DNA of 64,000 nucleotides from NCBI GenBank assembly GCA_000165345.1, contig CM000431.1, positions 480,001 to 544,000 of the forward strand, read 5' to 3'. Shown piece by piece: positions 42,640 to 53,779 of this stretch (position 1 is its first letter; each line of letters starts with the position of its first letter). The notes under the pieces were generated by a model. It saw only the letters and a program-made list of their open reading frames with translations, ran no database searches and was not told where the DNA came from. The position numbers and the translations under genes were made by a program.

Positions 42640-43093
42640 TCATATTTTTTAAGCTTGGTACTATTCATTGTTTTGCTTTCTAACAGAAAATTTGGGGAAA
42701 TAGGAAGGCTTAAACGGTGTTTATAGAGCTGTTGGTATGAGACTATGCCTACTGGCCTACATACATAACTAAACATTGGAAGTTAGGATTCCCGCGTTAA
42801 CGTTCGTACATTAGCATTGAAATTTACTGTTAAATGGTGCTCGTTCAACTATCCCTCTTATTGGGAATGAATGAGGTAGTCTAAATACATTTCCACGCTA
42901 GCCTAGGCACAATTTTATTATACTTAAATATCTAGCTTGATTAGCTCATAAAATTCTTACTTATTACTTTGACTTTTCCTATTCACTAGCCTTAATTACT
43001 ATACTACAAACATGGATTTGCGCGCATTTTGTGGGGAATCGCTTGTAATGGAATTTCTTAAAGTCAATGACATTGCCTCCATAAACCTACGAA

Positions 43094-46000
43094 TCATTCA
43101 GAATTGTATACAGGCAAATCTTCTTGCGCTGTATGGGAAATCATTTTTTCAGGATCACACAGCTCCCTCGTTACAATGCCTTGATATGTTAATTGATTAC
43201 AACTTTGAATGGGAGGAACGCCAAAAGAACTTGCCTGGATATTCTGTTCATGGAAATCTAACTTTGGGGTTTCCAGAGGGCATGGCTGTAGGCATTCGGT
43301 AAATTCATTCGGAGGAACTGCCGGGGAATTACCTTCAATTTTAACTGCTTTCTTGCTTTTCCTTGGTTTTTGCTTTAGTTTTTCTGTTGTAGCAGGTAAA
43401 TTCGAATTTAAAAGCTCTTCGTTTGATAATATTGATGATTCTTCTTCGCGTGGTAATGAATCATGAGCCATATTAACGCAACCAATTTGCTTTTCACCAG
43501 AAGAACTGCTATTCGATTTTCTGGGCTTTTTAGGTTTGACAGGATTTTCTACGCTGTTAAAATTCTTATTTGGAGAATGTTCGGAACCAACTTTAATTGT
43601 ATCTTTTCTTTGTCTTTTTTTTGCAGCTTTAGATTCAGGCTCAGCTTTGGTTCTACGAGCTGAAATACTAGTAAGATTCTTATAGGAGTATTTGATTTGA
43701 AGAAGCTTAACTTGGTTGAGAAAGAACCTATGAGGAATATCCTTTATCTTCTGTCCCTCAAAGTTCACGCTTGAGAATCTTTTGAGAATATGTCCTTTAA
43801 TCATTAGTTCAAGTCCTCTAGAGCCATTTACTGGGATATTCTCTTGTTCCTTTTGGACAGATTTTGTCATCACGTTGGAGGATATCATATCTTTGTAAAC
43901 TATTCTAAGCCGATTAATTCCGTGGATGTATTCAAGAAGAGAAATTCCAAAATCAAACACGAGATCACAATTAACTGCCTTAATTCCCTGTGAATTTGAG
44001 TCGCCAGCTTTTTCTGTTCTGGTTTTATCAAAAATATCACCTTTAGGTGAATCTTGGCTATCTGAATGTTCCATTGTACCCATTAAATATGTATTTGTAA
44101 AAGAGTCGGATCTCTCAAAATTAATTTCGCTTGAAGTATCATTTTGTGTTTGAGATACCTCCAAATTCTCCAGCTTAATGCCCTCAATACTAATCTCGTC
44201 AAGATTAGAAGTATCGATGGCTAAAACAGGCGTACTACCACCTTCTGTTGGTTCACCAACTTTGGAGTCAAACTTTTCTTCTTTATCCTTGGAACCGGAG
44301 CTGTTAATTTGGAGATTATACTCATTGATTGAGCCTAAAACTCTTTGAACATATTCCGGGGACTTATTCTTTATTGGAGGATAATTTGTAATCGCTTCAA
44401 AGGCGTTTAGATCAAATTGGTATAAAGCTTCTTGATTGTGGTTAAGTATTAGTCTTGCCCATTTCGTACGGAAGCTCTCAAATCTGGTAAGCAATTGAAT
44501 TATTGAAGAAGAATCAGAAGAATTTTGTGAAAGGTTGAACTGTTTCTTTTTGTTATTTATTGGAACACAAATGTTTAGTCCTTCCCAGATGAGTCTAATT
44601 AGCTTAGAATCAAAAGGAGCTACATCAGCTGGGTTTGAGTATATATCTGAGAAAAGTGATGGAATCCTCAATAGAATGGGATCCTTTTCAATATTACTAG
44701 AAAGTACCCCAATATAATTCATAATTTCAGGGTCTTGGTGATTTTTTTCATACTTAATATTCCCTTTTTCATTATAATATCCTTTACAATGGTTATAGGC
44801 CTCGATTATTTCCTTGATCTTCTGATTTAAAGTTCTAAACCAATCTGAAACTACTCTGGGGGTTCTTTGTGGGAAATAATAAGTACCAGAAACTGCCTCG
44901 CTAGTTTTTGCAGTTGGAGTGGTTAGATCAACTGTTGCTTGAGATGAAGGAACCCCTATGGGGAAATCGATCATTGGGGTAGATGAAGTTTGGGCATTCA
45001 ATGATCCTTGGCTATTCTGCTCTATGTTCTGCTCCTTATTTTGTTGTGCATTCTTAGGAGAATAGTAAACCCAACAGTCTGTACGCAGTTGAACAAGCAG
45101 TTTAATTACCGGATTATTAAGTATATCACGCAATGTTTGACTTTTCTTTTCATTTAAAACATCAGACCCACCTGACTTCATATCCAAGTCATCTTGTTCT
45201 CCATCAGAATATCCATCTCCATCGCTTATTTCGCCATATTCATCTCCCAATTCCGATTCGTAGTAAAGATCAATAAAGTCGTTTTGCGGATCGTCGTCGC
45301 AAAAAAAAACATTTGGGTTTGAGTAATCAGCATTAATTAGTTCTGAAGTTTGAATTGAAGTTGTTGTAACGTTGTCATCGCCCTGATCAGCAGTATGGTT
45401 TCCTCTGTCTGCATTCCTACTATATAGCTCGTCCAGTGACAAGCCTAGGTCATCCACGAGCTCTGAATCGTCAATAAAATCATCAAATACATCATAATAA
45501 TCCTCTCTGCTTCTATTAGCTCCACTGGCTCCCGTCATGGTCATTGGATTAAAGTAATACTCCCTTGGGTCGCATAGCAATCCTTGTTTTGAAAGTCTTG
45601 TAGACATCTCGTGTACTCTCTTTCTCAAGACATTTTCATTCACATTTTGCGAATCTTGCTTACTATTCGACTTAATTGTATCCAAAAATGAAGTAATATC
45701 TTCATAAGTTCTTTCACTTTCCTCGTTTTCCTTCTCTTCAATATCCTTATTTTCCTCTTCTCCAATATCATCATTTTCCTTTGAATCTTGAGTAAATGAC
45801 TTCTCCTTTAAAATATTGTCCCATTTTCTTCTACCAGTATCAGACTCCCTCTTCTCCACTACGTTCTCTTCTCCAAAAGCTTCCATACAAAGATCCCGAA
45901 AAGATACGATACTTGGCAATTGTATATGTTTTTCTAGTTTATCACTATAAATATACTTTATTGTTTCCTTTGGTATTTCTAAGAACAAACTCAGACCTCT

Positions 46001-46189
46001 CTCAAATCTAAAGGAATCTATCAAAGATTCATATTCACTAGAATCATCGTCATCTTCTTCTGCAACGCTTGTATCATCCTCCTGAGGTATTTCCTGTTTT
46101 GGCACCTCTTGATCCTTTTTACTCTCTTGTACGCATTGTGTTTCATGCGATTCAGTTACATCCGAAGCTTTGGGGTTTGTAGGAGTCAT
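43094..46189 (-). CDS. Hypothetical highly acidic, probably nuclear protein (1031 aa) with basic NLS-like C-terminal patches
   Basis: Long ORF with ATG. Asp/Glu-rich runs (EEDDDDSSEYE, DDDPQNDFIDLYYESELGDEYGEISDGDGYSDGEQDD). C-terminal KKRQRKD/KPKKPRK motifs. No confident family assignment. Confidence 0.5.
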   Translation of the reverse strand: MTPTNPKASDVTESHETQCVQESKKDQEVPKQEIPQEDDTSVAEEDDDDSSEYESLIDSFRFERGLSLFLEIPKETIKYIYSDKLEKHIQLPSIVSFRDLCMEAFGEENVVEKRESDTGRRKWDNILKEKSFTQDSKENDDIGEEENKDIEEKENEESERTYEDITSFLDTIKSNSKQDSQNVNENVLRKRVHEMSTRLSKQGLLCDPREYYFNPMTMTGASGANRSREDYYDVFDDFIDDSELVDDLGLSLDELYSRNADRGNHTADQGDDNVTTTSIQTSELINADYSNPNVFFCDDDPQNDFIDLYYESELGDEYGEISDGDGYSDGEQDDLDMKSGGSDVLNEKKSQTLRDILNNPVIKLLVQLRTDCWVYYSPKNAQQNKEQNIEQNSQGSLNAQTSSTPMIDFPIGVPSSQATVDLTTPTAKTSEAVSGTYYFPQRTPRVVSDWFRTLNQKIKEIIEAYNHCKGYYNEKGNIKYEKNHQDPEIMNYIGVLSSNIEKDPILLRIPSLFSDIYSNPADVAPFDSKLIRLIWEGLNICVPINNKKKQFNLSQNSSDSSSIIQLLTRFESFRTKWARLILNHNQEALYQFDLNAFEAITNYPPIKNKSPEYVQRVLGSINEYNLQINSSGSKDKEEKFDSKVGEPTEGGSTPVLAIDTSNLDEISIEGIKLENLEVSQTQNDTSSEINFERSDSFTNTYLMGTMEHSDSQDSPKGDIFDKTRTEKAGDSNSQGIKAVNCDLVFDFGISLLEYIHGINRLRIVYKDMISSNVMTKSVQKEQENIPVNGSRGLELMIKGHILKRFSSVNFEGQKIKDIPHRFFLNQVKLLQIKYSYKNLTSISARRTKAEPESKAAKKRQRKDTIKVGSEHSPNKNFNSVENPVKPKKPRKSNSSSSGEKQIGCVNMAHDSLPREEESSILSNEELLNSNLPATTEKLKQKPRKSKKAVKIEGNSPAVPPNEFTECLQPCPLETPKLDFHEQNIQASSFGVPPIQSCNQLTYQGIVTRELCDPEKMISHTAQEDLPVYNSE

Positions 46190-46657
46190 ATGAAAGAATT
46201 CCTCTCTACTAAAAAAATACCTCTAAGTTAAGAGAAGTGCATCACTTATTTAATGTAGTTTTTCAACCGTACTCGCTTTCAATTATTATTATGCCCAATT
46301 CTAATATTTGGCACAACTTGTGGCGGGAAACTAAAGTGTTCTCAAAATAAGATTAACAAAGAAACTATACTAAACAGTTTAAATGTAATGGAATGGATCA
46401 CCATTGTTTTAACCTGACCCCTAGAGTAAACTAAAGCAAAACTTCGGAACTTTGCTCCCCTTAATCTGTAAATGCATGCATTAAAACGATAGACTGAGAT
46501 TAAGTGGAACACCAAAAGTCTATACTCTAACATCAAAACAATCCAATATTGCTATTAATCCATGCAGTAAACAAGGGGAATATAACTGTACTTAGTTTTA
46601 TATCAAAACAATGTTTACTAACTGAATGGCTTTGGAATTTAATTAATCAAAATATAC

Positions 46658-49039
46658 TTAGCTTACTGGAGAAAGTTCTGCAGTGCTACAATTTGCAGTG
46701 CTTCCACCCTCCGTATTCTTCCTAACTCTTACCCAGCTATCTAATCTTCTCTGCTTGAATCCTTTATTACCTTCTTCGTATTTGCCGTCTTGTAGCATTG
46801 TGTCAGAATTTATATCTGGAGATCCTGGAGTTGAAACCGAAGCATGAGGAACGGGCTCGGAGTAAATTGTATAATCGGCTTCAAAAGATTCTGCTCCGTC
46901 AATTCCTGGACTTGCAAAAACCTCTTCATTTGACTGAGAAAGAGGAATATGAATTATTCTGCGTGAATTGAAGTCGTGTGAGCGATTTGATGAGGTATTG
47001 CCAGACTCGTGTTCCATCTCCAAAGCTCCCTTACAATCTGTTGTATCCTTCTGCGGAGATATTGGAGTTAGCAAGTTCTCTTGAGATTGTACCATATAAC
47101 TACTTTGACCTCTTTGTGGAGCAGGATAACCTACACTATCCTGCGATGAACCCATGAAAGGGATACTTCTTCTAAAAGGAGTCTTCTCTACACTTTCGGG
47201 AGTTGGAGTGGGCCTTCCAAATGCTCCACCTTCGCTTAAAGTCTGGGAATCTTTTTCTGAAAATCCAATCCCACCAATAGTAAGAAATCCTGTTTTTCTC
47301 TCTTCACGTGTTCCCTTTAATTCTTGAGACTCTTCGTTTTTTTCTTCATTTTTCTCGTCCATACTTTTTAAGGTTAAATCCACAGAGTTGGCTTTGCTTG
47401 ACCTACTTGGTTTTGGAAAAGGTACGGACAATGAGGAAGACAAAGATAACTGGTTGGCAACATCCATATCTCCATCAAAAGAGTTGCTATATGATAATGT
47501 TTCGCCTGATACCCATCTAGGTTTCAAATCACCTTCCTCGTTTTTTCCAACGGCAGTTCTGCTATTGGTTGCATCTCCTGCAGAAACTCCAGAAAAGTTT
47601 GGCATAACCGAATTTATATTGTCTAACTGAAAGTCTTTGTTGTTATAAAAACTCAGCTTTTTCAATTTTGTCCCAACTGAAAAATTTAAACGGTACTCTC
47701 TCCCCACACACTTGTCCACCCGGAAATTCACATTCCCATCTTTTGGCGGTAACTTTAGAGTTCCCCCCATGCTAAATTTACCTCTCTCCCATGCAAAACA
47801 TTGAAAAATTGGTATTGAACTCTCTTCCAGATTTTCATATGTATAATAGTGAATTGAGCTCTCCAAACCCATGGAGGTGTTGAATAAATAGAATCTTGAT
47901 CCCGAATTTGACGCTGTAATTAGCCATTCTCCATTGCTAGAAATTGAAGGTCTTTGGCTTGGATCCAATAATCCTGCATTTTCCTTTTCATAAAATACTT
48001 TATTTGAATCTATTGCTATTGCACTCAGGTCCTTGCTAAATGAAAGAATTCCAGATACGCTATATATATAAATTGTTCCTTTCCTTGTTTGAAGAGCAAG
48101 TTTGTTATATAATTCATCAGCCTCCATCCATGTAATTCCTCTTTGAGCGTCTTCATCCTTCTGAGGAGAAAATTTAAATGCGCAGGCCCTTTCTGCACTC
48201 CCACATGATGCTTTCCGGATATCCCAAACCTTAATATGTCCATCTGTGCATCCTCCAGTTGCTAAATAATTTTTCTCGCTAAGAAAGGCCACTCCACTAA
48301 CCGAAATACTCTTGTCGCTAATCATCTTCTCTCTTCCTATACTCTTCCTTACACTGTGTTCATGTATTCTATTTAACTCAAATTTGGGAGCTAAATGAAT
48401 CTTTTCTATTGATTCATAATAGCTCTCATTGAGATTCTGGCCCCCTTCAGGAACCTGAGTAGACGGACTTATTGAAATTTGACCAGGAATTAATTTATTT
48501 GAAGCTGTTCTACTTCTACCGACATTTCCTTGCCCCAAATAAAAACATTTTGAATGAATTGATCTATCATCATAAATCCTTAGACTCCCATCATTACCCA
48601 CTGTAGCTATTAATGATGATGATTCAGCCGAAATAGCAAATCTCTTTACCCATTCTTTATGTGCCCTAAGCTTACAACTCTCCTTTTCATGTTCCATGTC
48701 AAACTTTACCAAGAAGCTGTCAGTAGATGAAGAATAGATATATCTTTCGACTTTCTCTGAATAAAACCCTACATTTTGAAACTTTGTATCTGTAACGGTA
48801 CCGCTGTGTAGCTTTCTAGAAAAAATTCTTTCGTCTTTTCTAATTACAATTCCTGGCTCAGTGAATCTTTCTATAAATTTATCTTCAGTTGAATAAAGAG
48901 AAATATGGCCTTCTGAATCTCCAACACAAAGTCCAGCTCCCCCCAAAAGATTCCTGGAATAAACCATAGAAATTGGTATCCCCAGCCCATGATATATATC
49001 AGTAATACTAAATTGATTAGTCAACTTATTTCTCTCCAT
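46658..49039 (-). CDS. WD40-repeat protein (N-terminal ~450-aa propeller including a WDxR/'WDIRK' motif, possible DCAF-type CRL4 substrate receptor) with a long disordered Ser/Pro-rich C-terminal half
   Basis: Repeated ...GH/DG...W(D/V) blocks: GHISLYSTEDKF, LIATVGNDGSLRIYDD, LATGGCTDGHIKVWDIRK, GTIYIYSVS. The WDxR motif is characteristic of DDB1-CUL4 associated factors. The C-terminus is low complexity. Confidence 0.6.
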   Translation of the reverse strand: MERNKLTNQFSITDIYHGLGIPISMVYSRNLLGGAGLCVGDSEGHISLYSTEDKFIERFTEPGIVIRKDERIFSRKLHSGTVTDTKFQNVGFYSEKVERYIYSSSTDSFLVKFDMEHEKESCKLRAHKEWVKRFAISAESSSLIATVGNDGSLRIYDDRSIHSKCFYLGQGNVGRSRTASNKLIPGQISISPSTQVPEGGQNLNESYYESIEKIHLAPKFELNRIHEHSVRKSIGREKMISDKSISVSGVAFLSEKNYLATGGCTDGHIKVWDIRKASCGSAERACAFKFSPQKDEDAQRGITWMEADELYNKLALQTRKGTIYIYSVSGILSFSKDLSAIAIDSNKVFYEKENAGLLDPSQRPSISSNGEWLITASNSGSRFYLFNTSMGLESSIHYYTYENLEESSIPIFQCFAWERGKFSMGGTLKLPPKDGNVNFRVDKCVGREYRLNFSVGTKLKKLSFYNNKDFQLDNINSVMPNFSGVSAGDATNSRTAVGKNEEGDLKPRWVSGETLSYSNSFDGDMDVANQLSLSSSLSVPFPKPSRSSKANSVDLTLKSMDEKNEEKNEESQELKGTREERKTGFLTIGGIGFSEKDSQTLSEGGAFGRPTPTPESVEKTPFRRSIPFMGSSQDSVGYPAPQRGQSSYMVQSQENLLTPISPQKDTTDCKGALEMEHESGNTSSNRSHDFNSRRIIHIPLSQSNEEVFASPGIDGAESFEADYTIYSEPVPHASVSTPGSPDINSDTMLQDGKYEEGNKGFKQRRLDSWVRVRKNTEGGSTANCSTAELSPVS

Positions 49040-49304
49040 TTTTTAAGCCCCAATCAGCAACTATAAAAAAAAAAGAAATAATTCAACAAAATATTGGCAA
49101 AAACTAACAAAACAAAACTGAACTATCATATATCTCTCAAATCTCTGATTTTGCATTCTGTTTAGTACCGAAAAATTCTCATTTTTTGGCATGCCTTTAG
49201 TATTAGTGTGTATTCCCGCCAAGCTACGCATTTTAGAAAAAAATTAAACTAATCGGCTAAATAAATATAAATATTAGGAACTTAAGGCTGAGGAGATTTT
49301 TTAT

Positions 49305-52300
49305 CTAAATGCGCTCAACAATTTCCTCCTCCAGCTCACTATTGCTATATTCATATTCTTCAATAGGGATATCATCAACATTTCTAATGTGATCATCCTG
49401 AGGGTAAATACTGTTAGAGATTACGGAGCTATTCTGATCATTTCTAGGATGTTTGTTTGTATTTGAAAGGATAGAGCTCCTATCGTAACTATTGCTTGAA
49501 ACAACTCCTTTAAAATGTGATGTAGCGATATTATTGGGGATTCCACCTTCAATGGTGATTAATTTGTTGATAAAATCATTGACTTTGACCGAAAGTAGGT
49601 ATTTATTCCTATTTTTATGTTCTGACTTTTTTTGATGGCTTAAAGATGAAACATACATGGAGGATAAACTCCTCTCTCCAGAAAGGAAGATCATGGCATG
49701 CCTGATTTGTCCACTAGACCATCCTAGATTAAGCTTCTTGACTAATGTAGTAAAAGTGTTAAGATCAATTCCCGTTGAAGAGGCTGTGTTAACTCCGAAA
49801 TTCGCTTCTAAGTAGTTAAGCAATAAATTAACATCTAATTCTCCCATGAAGTGTTGCTGGATTGCATGGTAGCAAATAGCAAATTCTGTCTCGTTTAATT
49901 TATTATCTTTATCATAATCGAAGGTAGTTAATACATCCTTAGCATGCTCAGAAGAATAGTATAGACCTTCTGAAACTAAATAGTACCTAATAGTGTACTC
50001 ATCAACTCCCCATCTACTTACAATACTCTAAAAATCATTATTAAACTTGTAAATTAAAAATATTGAATAACTTACCCGTGTTCGAATGGGCGCATTGTTT
50101 ATCAAAAAGTTCATTGTATTTCTGCACCTTATTTGGAGCTCCCAAGGAGCTGTCTTAGCTACAATACTAAACTTTCTTCTTTGTAACTCTTTATTTTCTT
50201 CGCTACCTGAATTAAAAAGATGAAGGAAACTATAAAATCTAAGCGCTTCTGAAATTTGTGAAAGTCTTTGAATATTTTGAGTTTTTTGAATGTTAAGAAC
50301 TTGTTCAAGTACGATCTTATCGGCCATTTGGCCTACAGAAGTACAAAGAAGTATTGGATAGATTATAAAAGGTAGGCATAAATGTTGAATTCCAAAAATT
50401 ACCCAAATAGTAAATGTTGCAAGAGGGAATTCCTCATACCATAATCTTTTTTGTAAATATGATAGATGAATTACTATGGAGATTAAAATAAGTTGGAGAA
50501 AGTATGATGCTTGAAACCATCTCAATAATATTGCAGGACCATTACGTTTGAACAAAAATAAATCATCATGTAATGAAGGAGAATTCGTTCCGCAGAGCTT
50601 TAACCTTAAATATTTGGATAATCTCCCAAAACAAGATTTATTTTGCATGACCTCACGTTCTTGATCAAGTGATTGATTACTTTGAGAAGATATCTGCGAA
50701 TATTCACTGTTTGATATAATTTTAGCACTTGATATTTTATATCTTGGCATTATTTTATCATATTCAATTTCTTGTAAAGGCATTCCAACATCTAAACTAT
50801 ACTTCATTTTAAGATACTCGAGAATATTCCTGGGTTGGAGCTGTCGTTTGATTAACCAAGCTCTTAGCCAAATAGTTAAAGAAAAACAAAGTAGCAGAAC
50901 TGAAATATAAATACAAATCATTGGCTCTGAAAAATAATGTTTAACATTATTAAACAATATCAAATTTTGATAGTAATCATAAATTAGAAACCATCCTAAA
51001 ACATTTAATCCCAAAATAAAAGTTAATGTAGTTATTGGTATTCTTATTAATGTTACTGCCATAATTAATAACTTTGCTCTAAGATATTCTGTAAAATATA
51101 CGCCTGCAACCAAAGATGTGGTTGGGTCTGTTAACGAAATTAACCAAGAAGTACTAAGTCCATCTTCAGAATATCCAGAATCTCCACTATGATTAGTACT
51201 GAAAGATGATCCATAGCTATCATAAGCTGCAACTTCATCCATAAAATCGTACCTTAAAGATATGAAATGAGCCTTTGTATATGTTAAAAATAACTGGTTT
51301 GGCCAAAGCCAAAACTTTGTCCAGAAATTCTCCAGCTTGAGTTTCAACTTTTCTTTCCACGTAAGATTTTCAACTTCTACGTCATTCTTTTTACGTTTTA
51401 AAATACTACTTTCTCTATGCTGTTTCCCCTTAAATGGTAAAGATTTATTAATATCTAGTTCAATGCTTTCATTTAATTGAGAGAGTCCAAGCTCTTCTTC
51501 AACGTCCGTATCACTCCTTATACCTTCGTTTTCACTTCCTTCCTCTGAACTTCCTCCTGAATTTGAACTGTCCAAAGGATCTTCAAAGCTTTCCTCAGTG
51601 ATATTATCGGAGTTGTTTCCTATACTTGTCCTTCTTGCCTCATAATTACTCTTACCACTCCCTTCATGTGTTTGGTCTGTCCGGTTATCAATTGATAGTC
51701 CAGACGATCTTTTATAGCTTGAAGTACTTTCATTTTCATTTAGTATTGTTATTGGGACATTGTTATGTTGTACTGCCTCGTTTTCACCAAAAAATTTGTC
51801 CTTACTTTCAGAAAGATATAACTTATTTTTTCGGATTTCCTCCTTTCCAAAGTTGGAATCAGAATATTTTTTTAGTTTTAAACTAAACAAATTCTGAAGG
51901 TTAAAAATACTCTTAATGAGTACTCCAACATCTGTTTCATCCGCATATCTTATCCACTTTTCCAAAAACTTTACACATCCTGTGAAATATAGTACAAAAA
52001 GACAATACCATGCAAACGACAAAATCACAATAGCAAGGATATTATTAAACTCTCGTCCAAGATTCTCAGCTGTCCAAACTTTGGAATTATTCACTATTGC
52101 TTTGTCTAACTGTGTAGCAAGATTATTAATAATACTCTGATTGGAATAATCTGCCATTAAATTCTCACAAAAGTTTCTTATGTGATCAATCAGTCTAGAT
52201 GTGAGCATACAGTAGGAGATAGCAAGAGATACAAATATACAGGCTGCTTGTCTGAAAACCGTGTCCATAACAGTTTGCAAAAATGAATCGTTCTTCCTTC

Positions 52301-52622
52301 GAATTCTATCTACTACACATTCTCTTATTATGTATGTGGAAAGAATTGTAATAATAACTAAAATTCCAGATAAGATAAAATATATTGCTGTAGAAGAATA
52401 TCTATTCTTTACTTTATCAGTAACATAATGATGACTAGCAATACTTTCCGATTTCTTTTGTTGAAAGTCCTGTGAGCTTTCATCTACTCCAAAATCAGTC
52501 CCTCTTCTTAAAGATATTGCCACATCTTTCCCTTCAATTTCTGTTAATCCGAGTAAAAATACTAAGGAAAGTATTACTAATAATGATAATAATCGAAATT
52601 TCTTCCTCAAAAACAAGCTCAT
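49305..52622 (-). CDS. Multi-pass membrane protein with a C-terminal EF-hand domain, proposed spliced model complement(join(49305..50027, 50076..52622)), about 1088 aa. It fuses track ORFs 50028..52661 and 49305..49847; the first ATG is at 52622, and the track start at 52661 is a GTG
   Basis: The two ORFs are in the same reading frame, separated only by the TAG at 50030..50028. That TAG is the 3' end of a 48-nt GTAAGT...TTTTAG phase-0 interval (minus strand: cgg|GTAAGTTATTCAATATTTTTAATTTACAAGTTTAATAATGATTTTTAG|agt). Downstream of the TAG the frame stays open for 57 codons before the first Met. That stretch encodes a canonical EF-hand loop, DYDKDNKLNETE (D-x-D-x-D-x6-E), flanked by helices (EYTIRYYLVSEGLY...FAICYHAIQQHF). 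A separate gene starting at that Met would begin inside the EF-hand. The start Met chosen at 52622 gives a signal-peptide-like MSLFLRKKFRLLSLLVILSLVFLLGL. About 8-10 TM helices in two clusters are separated by a roughly 250-aa acidic/Ser-rich loop. Confidence 0.55.
50028..50075 (-). other. Predicted 48-nt spliceosomal intron (GTAAGT...TTTTAG, phase 0) containing the in-frame TAG that terminates the 877-aa track ORF
   Basis: Consensus GTAAGT donor immediately after an arginine codon. AT-rich body. The acceptor TTTTAG coincides with the stop codon. Length is a multiple of 3. It is comparable in size to the three introns of the Nudix gene in this window (51-61 nt). Confidence 0.5.
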
Positions 52623-53779
52623 TTCAACCTTAAGCTTATAATTTATTTTTCCATTAATCACATAACTTTGTAATTTTCAAGTTTGAAGGTATTTTGGCTC
52701 AAATTCTCTCTTTTAAATAATTAAAAATTAAATTATATTAAAATTTTAGTATTAAGTTCCTTTTTGATTTGACTATTAGTATTGGATAATTTACATGGGG
52801 GAGTCAGAAAGTGTATGTGTGCACTTTTTGCTCTCACAATCACAGCTATATACCAATATTTTAAAATAAAAAAAAATCTTCAAGATAGATCGAATTCAAC
52901 TTGTACTTAAACATTTAGTTACATAAGTTTTCAACACTCAAACATGACTACAGAAAATAATGCATTTTTAACGTTAAACCAACTACACCTTGAATGACAT
53001 TTTGAATTCCCGCCAACTTCTGGGAGACTCCTCAATTTGGAATTTGGAAAGATAAATGGAAGATAAGAAAAAAACGGGTATTCCGCAAAGATAATATGAA
53101 ATAAAAAATGAGGAGAAAGAGTCGTTGGTTCCTTATATCAATTCCGAAGGATACTCAGGCCACAGAATCGCAATTCAAAGAAATGTTTAGTAAAACAATG
53201 AACGATTTATTTGGTGTCGTTTCTTATTTGTATACAATAAAAAGTAAGTTTGAAATAAAAAATGTTATCCGAAAAAGTTGGTCTCTTACACATTTATGTG
53301 TATATTTGACTCATTTACACACCTTTAATTTCCCTTTGAATGAGGAGGGGAATTTGAATATTTTATATTTGTTTAGCACTGCTCGCACGTGTTGAGTAAA
53401 TTATATCGTATATCGTGTAGTGTAACCATACCTAATTAAGTTAATAACATGCCTATTAACTCTAAATATCTTTAGTAATTTATCTTAGTGTGAAGCTTGG
53501 ATATATGATAATAAATTGCAACAGGGAAATAAGTAATTATGTCAGGCTCTGTACGGCTTTAGCGAGTGTCTCAGAGGAAGAAAAGATACCATGCAGAGTA
53601 ATACATTGCAGTGGAACTTTGTGTTCAATTCAAAAGGTGCTGACTGATATTTTAGTAAATGAGCGCATTCTCTCAGATAAATGAATAATATAAACATTTT
53701 TCTTTTATAAATTAAGGTCGATATATTTTAATAAGTTGATTTTCTTTTCCTTCCCACTGATCTCTCTAATTATTACTTT

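Noticed and set aside
43094-46189. Assigning the 1031-aa acidic protein to a named chromatin-chaperone family (ubinuclein/HPC2, CAF-1 p150, Spt2)
   Set aside because: Acidic runs and NLS-like patches are suggestive, but I could not identify any family-defining motif by eye. Left as hypothetical.
53108-53684. Small track ORFs 53108..53395 and 53490..53684 (+) in the 1.1-kb spacer between the membrane/EF-hand gene and PP2C
   Set aside because: They have no homology and no convincing exon structure; a GTAAGT at about 53245 exists but gives no coherent product. They are probably promoter or 5'-UTR sequence of the minus-strand gene starting at 52622. Left unannotated.
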